This document shows, piece after piece, positions 1 to 10,872 of a DNA stretch of 64,000 bases. Numbering within the stretch: position 1 is the first letter of the stretch; each line of letters opens with the position of its first letter. The DNA comes from Laetmonice hystrix. Lineage: Eukaryota. Where the stretch lies: assembly GCA_965235115.1 (NCBI GenBank), contig OZ249440.1, forward strand, positions 34,908,001 through 34,972,000, given 5' to 3'. The notes under the pieces are model-generated. The model saw only the letters and a list, made by a program, of their open reading frames with translations. It made no database searches and was not told the origin of the DNA. A program made the position numbers and the translations under genes.

Positions 1-2544
1 TCACACGACACTGCAGTTGGACCTGATAAAATACATTACCAATTCCTAAAACATTTACCCGACACCACACTTCTCATCCTTCTCCACTTTTTCAACAATA
101 TTTGGACAACTGGTAATATTCCACTTTCCTGGCAAGAAGCAATAATCATTCCCATCCCAAAACCAGGAAAAGACCATAGTGAAGCTAACAATTACAGACC
201 AATAGCCCTAACAAGTTTCTTGTGTAAAACCATGGAGAGAATGATTAATGATCGCCTCGTCTGGAAGCTGGAGTCTGAGCAACTCATCACTGAGTTTCAG
301 TGCGGCTTCCGGCGAGGGAGAAGTACTCTCGATCATCTCATTAGACTCGAGACATACATCCGAGATGCTTTTATCAACCGTGAACATGATGTTGCTGTCT
401 TTTTTGACCTAGAAAAGGCATACGACACAACATGGAAGTACGGCATTTTAAAAGATTTGCATGATATGGGTTTTAGGGGGCGTTTGCCCATTTTCATATC
501 TCGATTTTTATCGAACAGACACTTTCAAGTCAGAGTAGGCACTACCCTCTCTGACTTGCATGACCAAGAATTAGGTGTGCCTCAGGGAAGCATTTTGTCT
601 GTTACCCTTTTTAGTCTTAAGATCAACAGCATTGTTAACTCGGTTAAAACTGGCATGCCCTGCAGCCTGTTTGTTGATGACTTTAACGTCTGCTGCAGAG
701 GCAAAAACATGAATGCCATTAAAAGACAACTCCAACTCTGTCTTAATAGAATCCATACTTGGTCGGTGGAAAATGGTTTTAAGTTTTCCAAATCTAAAAC
801 GGTCTGCATGCACTTTTGCAAGCTGCGTGCCTTCCATCTTGACCCCGCGTTGACAATGGATGGAGATCCCGTCAAAGTTGTCAAAGAGACAAAGTTTCTA
901 GGTCTCACTTTTGACAGCAAGCTGTCTTTTATTCCACACATTAAATCGCTAAAATCCAGATGCCTTAAGGCTCTGGATGTTCTCAAGGTTTTATCTGGCA
1001 CAAACTGGGGGGCAGACAGTACAGTCCTTTTACAACTGTACAGAGCTTTAATCCGGTCGAAGCTCGATTACGGCAGCATAGTTTACGGCTCTGCTTGTAA
1101 GTCTTACATACGGCTTTTGGACACGGTTCACCACCAGGGTTTGCGGCTTTCACTTGGGGCTTTTAGAACGTCTCCTGTTCAGAGCCTCTATGTGGAGGCC
1201 AGAGAGCCCTCGCTTTATAACAGGCGTCTGAAGCTGGCTCTGCAGTATGCAGTCAAGCTCAGGACAAACAGTTCAAATCCAGCTTACAATTGCGTTTTTC
1301 ACCCTCAGTTTCAGCATTGATATGGAAGAAAGGAAACGTACATACGTCCTTTTGGACTGAGGGTGAAACCTCATCTAGAGGAACTGGATGTTGATCTGAA
1401 CGTCCTGGGGCAGACACACTTTTGCAATATCCCTCCTTGGGACCTAGAAAAGCCTGATGTCATCCTTCAGTTGCCTCAACTGAAGAAATCGGAGACTCGT
1501 CCCCTGACATATTTTGACCATTTCCTTGACGTCCAGGCAAGGTATCCGTCTCATTATGCCTTCTATACTGGCTCAAAGGATGGCAGTGATGTGTCTGCGG
1601 CAGCAGTTCATGGCAAGCACAACTTCGGCACCCGCATCTCAGGGCAAAGTTCCATCTTCTCAGCAGAGGCCCGGGCCCTGCTTCTTGCCCTTCAAAATAT
1701 TGAAGTTTCTGGCAAAAAGGACTTCCTCATTTTCTCGGATTCCTTATCCTGTCTGCAAGCACTTGCTAACTTGAAGACAGATCACCCAGCGATCGTCCAA
1801 ATCTTGTCCAAGTTGGCAGTGCTTGCCAATGCAAACTTTGATATTCACTTTTGCTGGGTGCCCGGCCTTGGCATACCGGGCAATGAGCAAGGCGACAGAA
1901 CTGCCAAGAGAGCGCTCGATACAGACGTTGACCCATGTCCAATCCCAGCCTCTGACCTCAGACCTACCATCTGGGCTTATGTTAAGAACAGCTGGCAGGC
2001 CGAATGGGACGAACAACCAAACAATAAATTGTATCAGATCAGTCCCATCGTAAACCAAAGGTATCATCATGGCCTAACCCAACGGAGGGATGAAATTGTT
2101 TTTACTCGATGCAGAGTTGGTCATTCTAGATTAACCCATGTGTTTTTATTGAAGGGGGAGCCACCTCCAGAATGTTATGGCTGTCAGTGTCCTTTGACAC
2201 TGAAGCATCGTTTACTCGAATGTGGTGATTTTACTCTCATCAGACAAAGGTTCTATGAGACGAGTCTTAAGGATCTTTTTAACAATGTCAGACCAGGAGT
2301 GATTTTAGAGTTCTTGTCAGAGGCTGGACTTCTGACTCTTTTATAGTTCAGGCTCGTCGATAGCCCGGTTGGGCTGACAGGATGGAGTGTTTTAATAATA
2401 TTCCCTTTGGGGCCCGGGATAAAATAGGTTCCTTTCATTTCATGGTCTTTTAACCCTGTTTTCGCCGTGAAGATGGCCCCAGATGCCGGCACGGCGGAAA
2501 ACCACCACTACTCACTCACTCACTCACTCACTCACTCACTCACT
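1..2544 (+). mobile_element. I/Nimb-type non-LTR retrotransposon, 3' half (RT, RNase H, C-terminal Zn motif, 3'UTR type A, (TCAC)n tail); disrupted
   Basis: RT motifs NYRPIAL, FFDLEKAYD, GVPQGSILS, LFVDD, KFLG. RNase H motifs SIFSAEA, IFSDSLS, WVPG..GIPGNE. CYGCQCPLTLKH..LEC. Premature TGA at 1318-1320. Ends in CACTAC(TCAC)n. Confidence 0.93.
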
Positions 2545-2644
2545 CCTTGCCCTCCCTTTTAGCTCGCTTGTACAGCGTGTACGAGCCCAAAAAACTGCCT
2601 GGCTCCTCGGGGTTATAGTACAATTTGTACAGGTACTCATCCAT
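2545..2644 (-). pseudogene. N-terminus of Polinton-type retroviral-like integrase, truncated by the LINE at 1-2544
   Basis: Manual translation MDEYLYKLYYNPEEPGSFLGSYTLYKRAKREGK matches the L..YY.P..PGSF.G...LY...K start typical of Maverick integrases. Its ATG overlaps the upstream stop codon (TAATG). Confidence 0.75.
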
Positions 2645-2686
2645 TAGGTACACAGATAGAGCTCCAATAAGATGGGGTGAACGTAA

Positions 2687-2864
2687 GAGTTCTTGTCAGA
2701 GGCTGGACTTCTGACTCTTTTATAGATGTGTTTTGGTGGTGTTCCCGTTGGGACCCGGGATAAAATAGGTTCCTTTGATTTTATGGTCTTATAACTCTGT
2801 TTTCGCCGTGAGGATGGCCCCGGATGCCTACACGGCGCAAAACCACCACTACTCACTCACTCAC
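2687..2864 (+). mobile_element. 5'-truncated LINE 3' end (UTR type B) inserted in the TBP-like gene
   Basis: Matches the family 3' end with (TCAC)n tail. TSD TGAACGTAA at 2678-2686 and 2865-2873. Confidence 0.92.
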
Positions 2865-3219
2865 TGAACGTAACAGTCTATATCTTTTATACGTTTCAGA
2901 CCAGTAATTATAACCGCTCCGGACCTATAAACTGTGAAATTCATCGTATGTCTTTTAAACATTGCCCCTGGAAACAACTCTGGTTCATATAAAAGACATT
3001 GCCCCTGGAAACAACTCTGGTTCATATGAGGCTTTTAAAATGTGGGCGACTCTGTTGAGATCTATAGGCGTGTGTAACCGTGCACTTGCCGACATTGTGA
3101 GTAGCTGCACCTTTCCGAGTTTCACGGGGTACCTTGCTTTCTGCAGTAGTCTTCCGTACTGGCGTATTGCCGTGCGTGCGTGTTGCACCAATGCACACCC
3201 AACAACGATGATCTTCCCA

Positions 3220-3445
3220 GGCTGGACTTCTGACTCTTTTATAGATGTGTTTTGGTGGTGTTCCCGTTGGGACCCGGGATAAAATAGGTTCCTTTGGTTT
3301 TATGGTCTTATAACTCTGTTTTCGCCGTGAAGATGGCCCCGGATGCCGACACGGCGCAAAACCACCACTACTCACTCACTCACTTGCCGTGAAGATGGCG
3401 CCAGATGCCGACACGGCGCAAAACCACCACTACTTACTCACTCAC
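3220..3445 (+). mobile_element. Composite of two tandem LINE 3' ends inserted in the TBP-like gene
   Basis: A 3'UTR plus tail is followed directly by a second ~60-nt stem-loop plus tail. One TSD, TCCCA (3215-3219 and 3446-3450), brackets both. Confidence 0.88.
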
Positions 3446-3665
3446 TCCCATTTTTAAACAAGAGGCACTTCACTCTGATGCGTTTATGTTTCCAAATTAT
3501 TGCACTGAATCTCGTCAGCTTATATTCAACGTTACACATTGTTCTACTCAACCACTTCAAATCTAATTGGTAATTTACCTCAGACATACACACGACGTTA
3601 TTAACGTTACAGATCATGCTTCTGCATTCTCACGTTGACAAATGGGGGGTATTCACACCTTAATC

Positions 3666-4193
3666 TCACACATTTATCCATTTTCCTTTCAATGCACTAC
3701 TTTTAACGCGCCGCTTCCTCCGCGGTATTCCAGGTGGAGTGAACAACTCAGGTACTGAAGTTTCACCAAGCCTTAGCTTACCGAGTCCCATGCACCTCTG
3801 TGGATTAGATACCAAGTTGAGTGGCACATTGTTGTCTATGAGACCGCTATAGAATTCGTTCCTCCCTACGGGGTAAAACGATTTGTAGGGGAACATTGCG
3901 TCCTTCAGCAACTCACTGATGCGAGACCCTTGTAGAGGTATACCGTTATACATTAACTCCCCTTTATCATTCCATCCGACTTTACCCCGGACATATTTGA
4001 TTAAAGCTCTCCCTTTACTCTGGATTTTTTTTAGGTAAAGACGCTATAATTTTAGACGTATTGCCATAGTTTTGTGAACTGGCGCCTTCCATATTACATT
4101 TCACCACAGCTTTCTCGCTAGTTTCCCAGGCCTTTTTTCACACTTTGTCAAAGTATTATACTTTCCAATCGGAATCAACACCATATTCTCCAT
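3666..4193 (-). pseudogene. Conserved Polinton uncharacterised ORF (PW/PY-type), with stops and frameshifts
   Basis: Begins MENMVLIPIGKY, later LPKKIQSKGRALIKYVRGKVGWNDKGELMYNGIPLQGSRISELL. The WN..GEL.Y.G....GS.I..L motif is typical of the Polinton ORF found next to the integrase. Confidence 0.7.
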
Positions 4194-4195
4194 GA

Positions 4196-4509
4196 TTACG
4201 TTGTTAACGTTTTCAACACTCGCTTTGCGGACTCGAGTAATTGTATGATCACTCTCGGTCTACTGACAATTAATTTTTTCTTCTTTGACCCGCAATTCTT
4301 GTCGGATAGCTGTCTTAACAGGGGCTTGTGCTTTCGGAGTTTACTCTTATAGGTGTTGGAGATAAGAATCACACCGTACAATACGTTTGCGGCCACTTGA
4401 GTGATGCATTTCACTTGTTCATCAGAGAGGGTATTACCTTGACTTGAGTTAGAGTACTACTGGTAACGAGATCTACAAACGACCAGCATTTCCTCGTAAC
4501 GCCCGACAT
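4196..4509 (-). pseudogene. Small basic conserved Polinton protein (core/PX-type), one frameshift near 4430
   Basis: CITQVAANVLYGVILISNTYKSKLRKHKPLLRQL resembles the I.E.A.NVL.G...L....K.KL..HK..LR.L motif found just downstream of Polinton ATPases. Confidence 0.7.
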
Positions 4510-4542
4510 CCTTTCCACTTCATCACTTCCACCAGAGCCCTC

Positions 4543-5232
4543 TTATAACTTCATTATGTACACTATGCAATCTTCACCGGGAAAGATTCTTGTTCTCAAT
4601 CTGAACTTTCTATCTGCCTTGGTTGAATTGTCCACGACTAAGTAACTAAATGGTTCAGACATACAATCCTGATAGGTTCGGAAAAAATTATTTGATTTGT
4701 GTGAAAACAGTTGTTTCCCAAGGTGCATAACCTGAGATTCGTCGCGTAGGTTACGGAAAAGAACGATAAAGGATGAATTACGTGAAATCGTTCTAGCACT
4801 TTTGCCTTGCTGAAACACGTTTTGAGAAATAAATATAATGCTCATGTTCCTATGATGACATCCCTGAGTAAAAAGTAATTCCATGCTCTCATCATTAACG
4901 ACTTTATGCATAAGATCGTCTAGGCACACGAGTTTATGCTTCCGTCCGTCACCACCAAACGTTTGTATATCAGACTGATCTGGAATACCGTGATGTAAGG
5001 TTATATTTAGGATGTTTGCCTCCATTTCTTCAAAGAGTGGTTGCCAAATACTATAACAATACAAAATTTCTTGAGGAGGATCTTCGGAGAAAAGCCCCTT
5101 TAAATTTTTTAATACTCTATAAACAAAACGCGATTTACCCGCCCCTGTAGCACCACACACCATAATAGAGGACTTTGGTGGGAAGGGGAGCAGACTTTGA
5201 CGTTCCCACCAAGGTTGGTTACCGGTATCCAT
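4543..5232 (-). CDS. A32/FtsK-like DNA packaging ATPase of Polinton type, ORF intact
   Basis: Walker A GATGAGKS, Walker B VCLDDLM, LFTQGCHHRNMSIIFISQNVF, RTISRN, PFSYLVVD, RLRTRIFP. Confidence 0.93.
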   Translation of the reverse strand: MDTGNQPWWERQSLLPFPPKSSIMVCGATGAGKSRFVYRVLKNLKGLFSEDPPQEILYCYSIWQPLFEEMEANILNITLHHGIPDQSDIQTFGGDGRKHKLVCLDDLMHKVVNDESMELLFTQGCHHRNMSIIFISQNVFQQGKSARTISRNSSFIVLFRNLRDESQVMHLGKQLFSHKSNNFFRTYQDCMSEPFSYLVVDNSTKADRKFRLRTRIFPGEDCIVYIMKL

Positions 5233-5347
5233 GTTTTAAAAAAAATTGTATTAGGAAGGTTCTCGTCATTCCTCTTATAGAAAATTCCTCTTATAGAAAA
5301 GACACAACACTTATCTCATAGTTGTATATCCTTTTTTTATTTACAAG

Positions 5348-5521
5348 TTAGTAACAATAGTCCGTTTCATAAACGCGCCAAAGTGCGAAAACAAATGGAA
5401 ATGCAAAAATTCCTAGCGCGGCAGTCAAATCCCTCCAAAGTACGTCAAACATCTCCGGATCCTTAAATATCGATGGGCGCGTTGTGTTGAAGCCACCGAT
5501 GCTTATGTTAGGATAAATCAT
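5348..5521 (-). CDS. Possible 57-aa membrane peptide in the Polinton gene cluster
   Basis: Manual ORF MIYPNISIGG...LTAALGIFAFPFVFALWRVYETDYCY*, with one hydrophobic stretch and co-oriented with its neighbours. Below the ORF-track length cutoff. Confidence 0.3.
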   Translation of the reverse strand: MIYPNISIGGFNTTRPSIFKDPEMFDVLWRDLTAALGIFAFPFVFALWRVYETDYCY

Positions 5522-5647
5522 CTTTAGTGTCAGGGGTTCCCCCCTCTTTTATTCTTACACACTCTTTTATAGACTTTTAGATATACAAAATGAAAGGACG
5601 TACAGATATTTCTTCGAGACATTTTTATTTTCTTTTTTCACATTTTG

Positions 5648-6379
5648 TTAATCACTGTATCTCCTGATTCTCTTTGCTGCTGGAGGTTCCGTTTCCAATT
5701 CGGTCTGACACGCTTTCGTATTGTTCTCTCGGTAGATGTGGCGAATAATGTCTTTTGTGGCCTTCCACTAGTGGTTTCGCAGGCTTATACCCATGTGTGT
5801 CGCGTACACACCCCTACCGCTTCTTGTTTTGTAAAAAATGCGTATGCTCACGCAGTGGTAGGGGGGTTTTACGCCTGCATATAGATCACCCCCGAGTGGA
5901 ATGCATGCATCTACTTTCACATTTTCTCTGCATGTCTGCAGATTATTTGATAGGAGTTCTATGTTTTGATGCAGTATGTTGAGCTGTTCCTCTGACAGTT
6001 TGGCCCCCTCTGACAGTTTGGCCCCCATGTTGTAATGTATTTTGTACGTTTGGGGGGCCGTTTCGACAAAGTGCCAAATCATGACACCACGGTCTTGTTC
6101 TGTTACCCTTACGTCTTTGTCGGTCCCGACATGCCACGAAATATCCTCCGGCATCTCATTCCACGAGTTTGAGTCTGTCTTTCTGTATTGACAAGAACAA
6201 TAAAATATATAATAAATATTTAATTGTAATATAACCCTCAAATTTGAAAAGAAACTTTTGTTGTTGTTGCATACATTTGTACTTTATATTACTGTTATCT
6301 ACAGTTTTAACAAGATTATGACAGAGATAACTTACCTTGCCGGGATTGCCAATGGTAGATCTGCTGCGCTAAATGCCAT
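5648..6379 (-). pseudogene. Spliced PC4 (p15)-like ssDNA-binding/coactivator gene with tandem PC4-like domains; premature stop
   Basis: Exon 1 at 6379-6336 (MAFSAADLPLAIPAR, donor AG|GTAAGT) joins in phase to exon 2 from 6182 (acceptor TACAG|). Motif PLGGDLYAGVKPPYHCVSIRIFY...ATHMGISL..*WK. In-frame TAG at 5768-5770, apparent natural stop at 5648-5650, and an 18-bp duplication (GAKLSE twice). Confidence 0.7.
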
Positions 6380-7408
6380 TTCTACGTATATATTGACCTG
6401 AGTTTACTTTTAAAAGTGTATGTGGAAAAATGAAGTTTGTATCAACGTATGGAGCATGCTGGCTGTGTAGATCAACGAGTTTTGGAACGAATGCTGGATG
6501 TGATGTGAGTAGGACGACGAGTTTTGTAGCGAATGCTGGATGTGATGTGAGTAGGACGGAACGATGTGTGTGAATGAAAGATATAGCGAAACAGACGCGT
6601 ATATATAGGTCCTCCTACCCTCAAGTTAATCATCTGTTGACTTGTGTAGAACATGAATTTCGATTTAATGTATGTAGCTGTCACTGTTGAGTAACATCAT
6701 GTGGAAAGTGTCCTAACACGCTCCTGTGCCGTTCAGCTGTCCAATCAATAATGGGGGTGGGGGTCCCCCTGCACATGTCATACGTGTACATGTGTACAGT
6801 CATTGCAGATACTAATACGTTCGGATGTGTATCGCTGTTGCTACACTCACCTATGCGTCAAAACATTAAAGTAAGTACGGCTTTCCAGAAGTTCAACCTT
6901 ACTCCTACAAGTGGAATTCTAACCCGCGTACTTACAGAACCATATTTTGGAAAAGGTCTGATCTACAAGGGAATTTTAAATTGTGGAACAGTCACTTGAA
7001 CAAAAGGCTATGTGGGACAGAGGGGGAAAAATTTGACCTGTGTTCTCATTTTTTAAGTTTTATGAACGTGCTCTGCGACAAGACATATTTCTAAACCAGC
7101 AAAAGTTGCACATCGTAACTTTAAAAGCCAATTCCAGACGAGACTTAGATGATTGTCAGTTGAGAAGAAGTGTACCTCGTGTACCTTACGACATCGTTCT
7201 ACAGATGTCCTTGTGACTATTATAATGATATAATGAACATATGTGTCTAATTAAGTCAACTTTGTGCGCATTATTCAATGGGTTTATAGATTTTACTTGT
7301 CATATCTAAGTCATTATGAATGCATTTTCTATTGTTAATTCACATCTGCGGTATTTTATCAATTATCTCATTCATTACGATTGCATTTCTATTGTTATCA
7401 TGAACATA

Positions 7409-7618
7409 CCGTATATGTCCTATTTGCCGCGCATGCGCGTGTGCAGAAGGGGGGTGCGCGGCAAATGAATTATTTTAACGTTAAGGGGGCATTTTCTTTC
7501 CAAATAGGTCCCCAATATGAGTTTTCCCAAATTTCCACCCCTGACCAACACATTGGGTTTTAAAAAATGCTGGGGTGCGCGGCAAATAGGAGGTGCGCGG
7601 CAAATAGGACATATACGG
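7409..7618. mobile_element. Tc1/mariner-pogo (Tc2-like) MITE
   Basis: TIRs CCGTATATGTCCTATTTGCCGCGCA and reverse complement, TA TSD. The empty-site sequence TGAACATATGTGTCTAAT also occurs near 7234. Confidence 0.88.
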
Positions 7619-7859
7619 TATGTGTCTAATCACCCGTATAATATGACTCGATACCTATGACCTGTGCTATTCATCCCCCTCCAATCAGAGGGATCTACGA
7701 CTATCGATTATGTTAGCCACCCCCACACACCCCTAATCAATAATATCGGGATCCACGATCTACTATTACGTAATTTTATCGATTATGTGTCTGTGCCTAA
7801 TTAACCGTGCAAATTTTATCGATTTTATCGACTCAATGAAGCTCATGGTCAGGGCTAAC

Positions 7860-9600
7860 TACTTGCGGTGACCCCGACACACACTCCCGCGTACAAGTGA
7901 GTTGGCACATGGATTGCTCTAGTCTTCTGTATGATCAGAGAGTGCAATGCAACGGCGCAGGTGGGCTGATGTCGTCATGGTGCGGTTGGGGTCGTCATAT
8001 GTACACCAGAGCTGCTTCAGCATTTCCTGCTTGGAAAGGGATACCTTTGACTGACAGTGGTAGAGCTTTTTTTTGCGCCACCAGGCGGACCTGTAGGGGC
8101 AGCAGTGAGGCTTCCTGGTGCAGTACGCTGATCAGTAGATACAGATTCATCTGGTCGTGTGGGCTTGCATGGTTCAGGCGATGGTGCCAGCCTTCAGCAT
8201 CATTGTTGGTCCGGACTGACCTCTTGAATGTGCTCCAGGATGCTGGTGGGCGGCTGCTGCTGGTCACCCATGTCTTCTCGATGTAGGAGATGAGCTTTTC
8301 AAGACGTTCACATCCTGGGTTGGTGTTGCCTCGAGTCAATGCATAGAAGGCTCTGCTGATGTGGCTGGGTGGTAAATTTGGGAAGGCCATAAGCTCCCGG
8401 ATAAACTGCCTTACACGGTCCTGGTTGTTTTAGGCAGATCTTAGGCCATACTCCTTTACCTTGGCGAAGACTGCCTGTGCCCAATGAAACCAGCAGCCGT
8501 GGACACTCACTGTTGGTAAGGAATGGGACAGAGCGTTCCACATGGCCCGGTAGTTAGCTTTTTTCCTTCGGGACATCACCAGAAATAACAGTGGCACCTG
8601 CTTCATCATGCCGTCCTGCTTCACAAAGCTGTGGATGCTTAGAAGCTGTTGGAATGGATGTCTTACCACTTTGAAAGTTCCATCGATGAACCAGATCTTG
8701 GCCTTGGCAAGGTGGGTGAGCTGTAGATCTGTCGCCAGAATTAGATGACGTTGATCATCGATGGACACGTCTCGCTTCAAAAATCCATCTGGTATCGCCG
8801 CCATGTGCATCTCAAAGTGCAGATCTGTTGGATTTTTGGGTCGTAACCCCTCCCTGGCTCTGTTGGCGGAAAGCTGAAGGTTTTTGACGTTTGGTAGCTC
8901 TGCATCTTCAGCTGGAAGTTTTTCAAAGGCCTCTGCGATAATTTTCCCTGATGGCTTGAAGAGATTTTCCGTGGCAACGATCTTTACCTCTTTACGGGCC
9001 CTGCACCACAGAGCTGCCCCGGGTCACTTGGATGGTGATGTGCCTTCAGTCCCTTGGTGTAGTTACCCCCACACTAGATCACTGTCGCGGGGCATGTGTC
9101 TCCCTTCCCACGGGAGCTGCACCTCCATGTCACCAATGTTTTGTTGGTTCTTTTCTTCAATTAGGTGAATCCCCGGTTGTCTGTCAAGAGGTCTGCTCCA
9201 TGCTTGGATCCACCTTTCAGAAGCTGGTAAGAGGTTGGCTCATCCTCGACAATTTGCGCATGAAGTCGTTCATCCATGGAGACTTTCATCACTTGCGCAG
9301 GGACGTGAACTGACAGGCTGACATTGAAGGACTGTGGGGGCAGCTCCACCTCCATTTCCTCTTGATGTGGTTGACCAGTGGCTGGATCCGTCTCTTGATT
9401 TGAGATCAGTTCATACCGTCCATAATATTCATCTACCGAGAGTCTAGTACTCTCAGCCACAGGGACGGCTCTTGGGGATCTTGAGCTGTCAGGCGATGGT
9501 ACTGGCGACCCTGTATAGGCCTAGAATCGATGCACCTCCATGTAATGTCTTCAATCTATCCACGAACCATCCTCCTGTAGTTGGTTCTGCTGATACCTGA
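7860..9600 (-). pseudogene. Mutator/MULE transposase with FLYWCH-like N-terminus, frameshifted and internally deleted; boundaries approximate
   Basis: WFIDGTFKVV..PFQQLLSIH, QVPLLF.VMSRRKKANY, VHGCWFHWAQAV, RTNNDAEGWHHRLN. Confidence 0.88.
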
Positions 9601-9714
9601 CATAATAGTATAATAGTTGAAATCGACTGCACAATGTATAGATATATGCATTCTAGATACCTAGTATTCAAAGTTAAATTACACAATTTGCATTCAAGAT
9701 ACATTGTATTTTAA

Positions 9715-10773
9715 AGAGGCATGCTGAAATGTACGTTTTTGAGGATTTCCGGCGATTATCCAACATGACCGTGTACTAGGGGACTAAGTAAATAATCCTA
9801 CCACAGCATTTTGTCCTCCGACGTGTTTTCGCTGCGTATGCAGCACAAGTAGATTCTATTCGACCAAACCTATAGATTTCTCACGATAGAACATCTCCCG
9901 CCATAATTTAGGAGACAACCTCCCATCAACCCGTGTAATCGTGTACTGCGTCACATCCTGTTTGTGCACTCTACCGGTGCTTGGCAAACTTGTTCCTACC
10001 GCGCATGCACGACCTCTGACCTCTGCCGTTGGAGAGTGGGTCACTGGGTGCTTGGTCACGTGCTTCGCTTAGTTGTAAACAATTCAGCAGCTGCACCCGG
10101 CTTATCGTTCGCATCAAAATGCCACCCAAAATATATTTTACGGAATCAGCAGTGAAGCGGGCAAGGAAAGAAAGATACGGAAGTTGGAAAAGACAGCAAG
10201 TCAATCTTGGAAACCAAGGCAGGGGGCCGATGGCGAGGTTGGCGGGGTCGTTGGGTGGCACCTAGACTGGCTCGAGACAGTCGAGTGTCACCGGACGAGG
10301 TCACCAGCGGCCGGTAGCGGTGACGGGTGAGGCTGTGTGTGTTGGGGGAGCGGGGGTGGACACACGGGACACGGTCGGTAGGTACGTACGGAGCCGCTAT
10401 TCCCGATTCATTCCTTCCACCACGATCGAGTGTCAGACAATTTCCTGACTGATAAAACTAAACGTACACACAAAATGTTTGGCGTTTATACTCACCATCT
10501 CCATCCCGTTCGTAGCCATGTGAAACGCTTCAAAACAAACCGTCTGAGCATGCGCGAGGGTTTTGCGTGTCACGTGTGTCAACAAAAGCCACGTGCAAAC
10601 GATGGGCAGAGCTGTTTTTCCAGATAGCCAGCAAGGGGGCTTCAAAAACTTCGATTTCTCACGCAAAATGGAACTGATAAGTCCGTCTTTGTTTACCAAG
10701 AAGGATCTCTTCATGAAAACAGCAAAAGTTCTTTGAAATACCGATTTTTCCTTTTTCCCCATAAAATGCACCT
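9715..10773. mobile_element. Non-autonomous TTAA-flanked DNA transposon (Kolobok-like), long copy
   Basis: TTAA|AGAGGCAT...ATGCACCT|TTAA. Both ends match the inverted copy at 23593-24120. Confidence 0.75.
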
Positions 10774-10872
10774 TTAAGTTAGGCGTACGCTGCAGCAATA
10801 ATTTAATTCACTCTGTATTTACCAGTCTGGCATATTCGATGCTGCCACCTGTTGCAGCCACCCTATTGCTTC

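Larger units (their letters stand above)
2644..3617 (-). pseudogene. Intronless TATA-binding-protein-like gene (172 aa when reconstructed), interrupted by two LINE insertions and a 37-bp tandem duplication
   Basis: Reconstruction: MICNVNNVVCMSEVNYQLDLKWLSRTMCNVEYKLTRFSAIIWKHKRIRVKCLLFKNGKIIVVGCALVQHARTAIRQYGRLLQKARYPVKLGKVQLLTMSASARLHTPIDLNRVAHILKASYEPELFPGAMFKRHTMNFTVYRSGAVIITGLKRIKDIDCYVHPILLELYLCT*. It follows both TBP core repeats (..EY...RF.A.I, LF..GK....G, AR.Y.R..QK, SYEPELFPG, SG.V..TG.K). Confidence 0.9.
2545..6400 (-). mobile_element. Polinton/Maverick-like endogenous virus fragment (PC4-like, ATPase, two conserved ORFs, TBP-like, integrase start)
   Basis: Tightly packed co-oriented ORFs including an A32-like ATPase and a Polinton-type integrase N-terminus. 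No TIR, pPolB or capsid gene recognised in the window. Confidence 0.85.

Noticed and set aside
571..1001. Antisense ORFs over LINE copies (also 19421-19671 and the MSSGGFAPCRH ORFs)
   Set aside because: They are shadows of the LINE coding strand and UTR, recurring only because the element is repeated.
2730..2790. Twister-like ribozyme in the LINE 3'UTR (CCCGGGATAAAA)
   Set aside because: Only superficial word similarity; the required pseudoknot pairings were not found.
6476..6570. Short ~39-bp tandem repeat upstream of the PC4-like gene as a Polinton terminus
   Set aside because: No terminal AG/AGT repeat, partner TIR or 6-bp TSD was found, so the element end is undefined.
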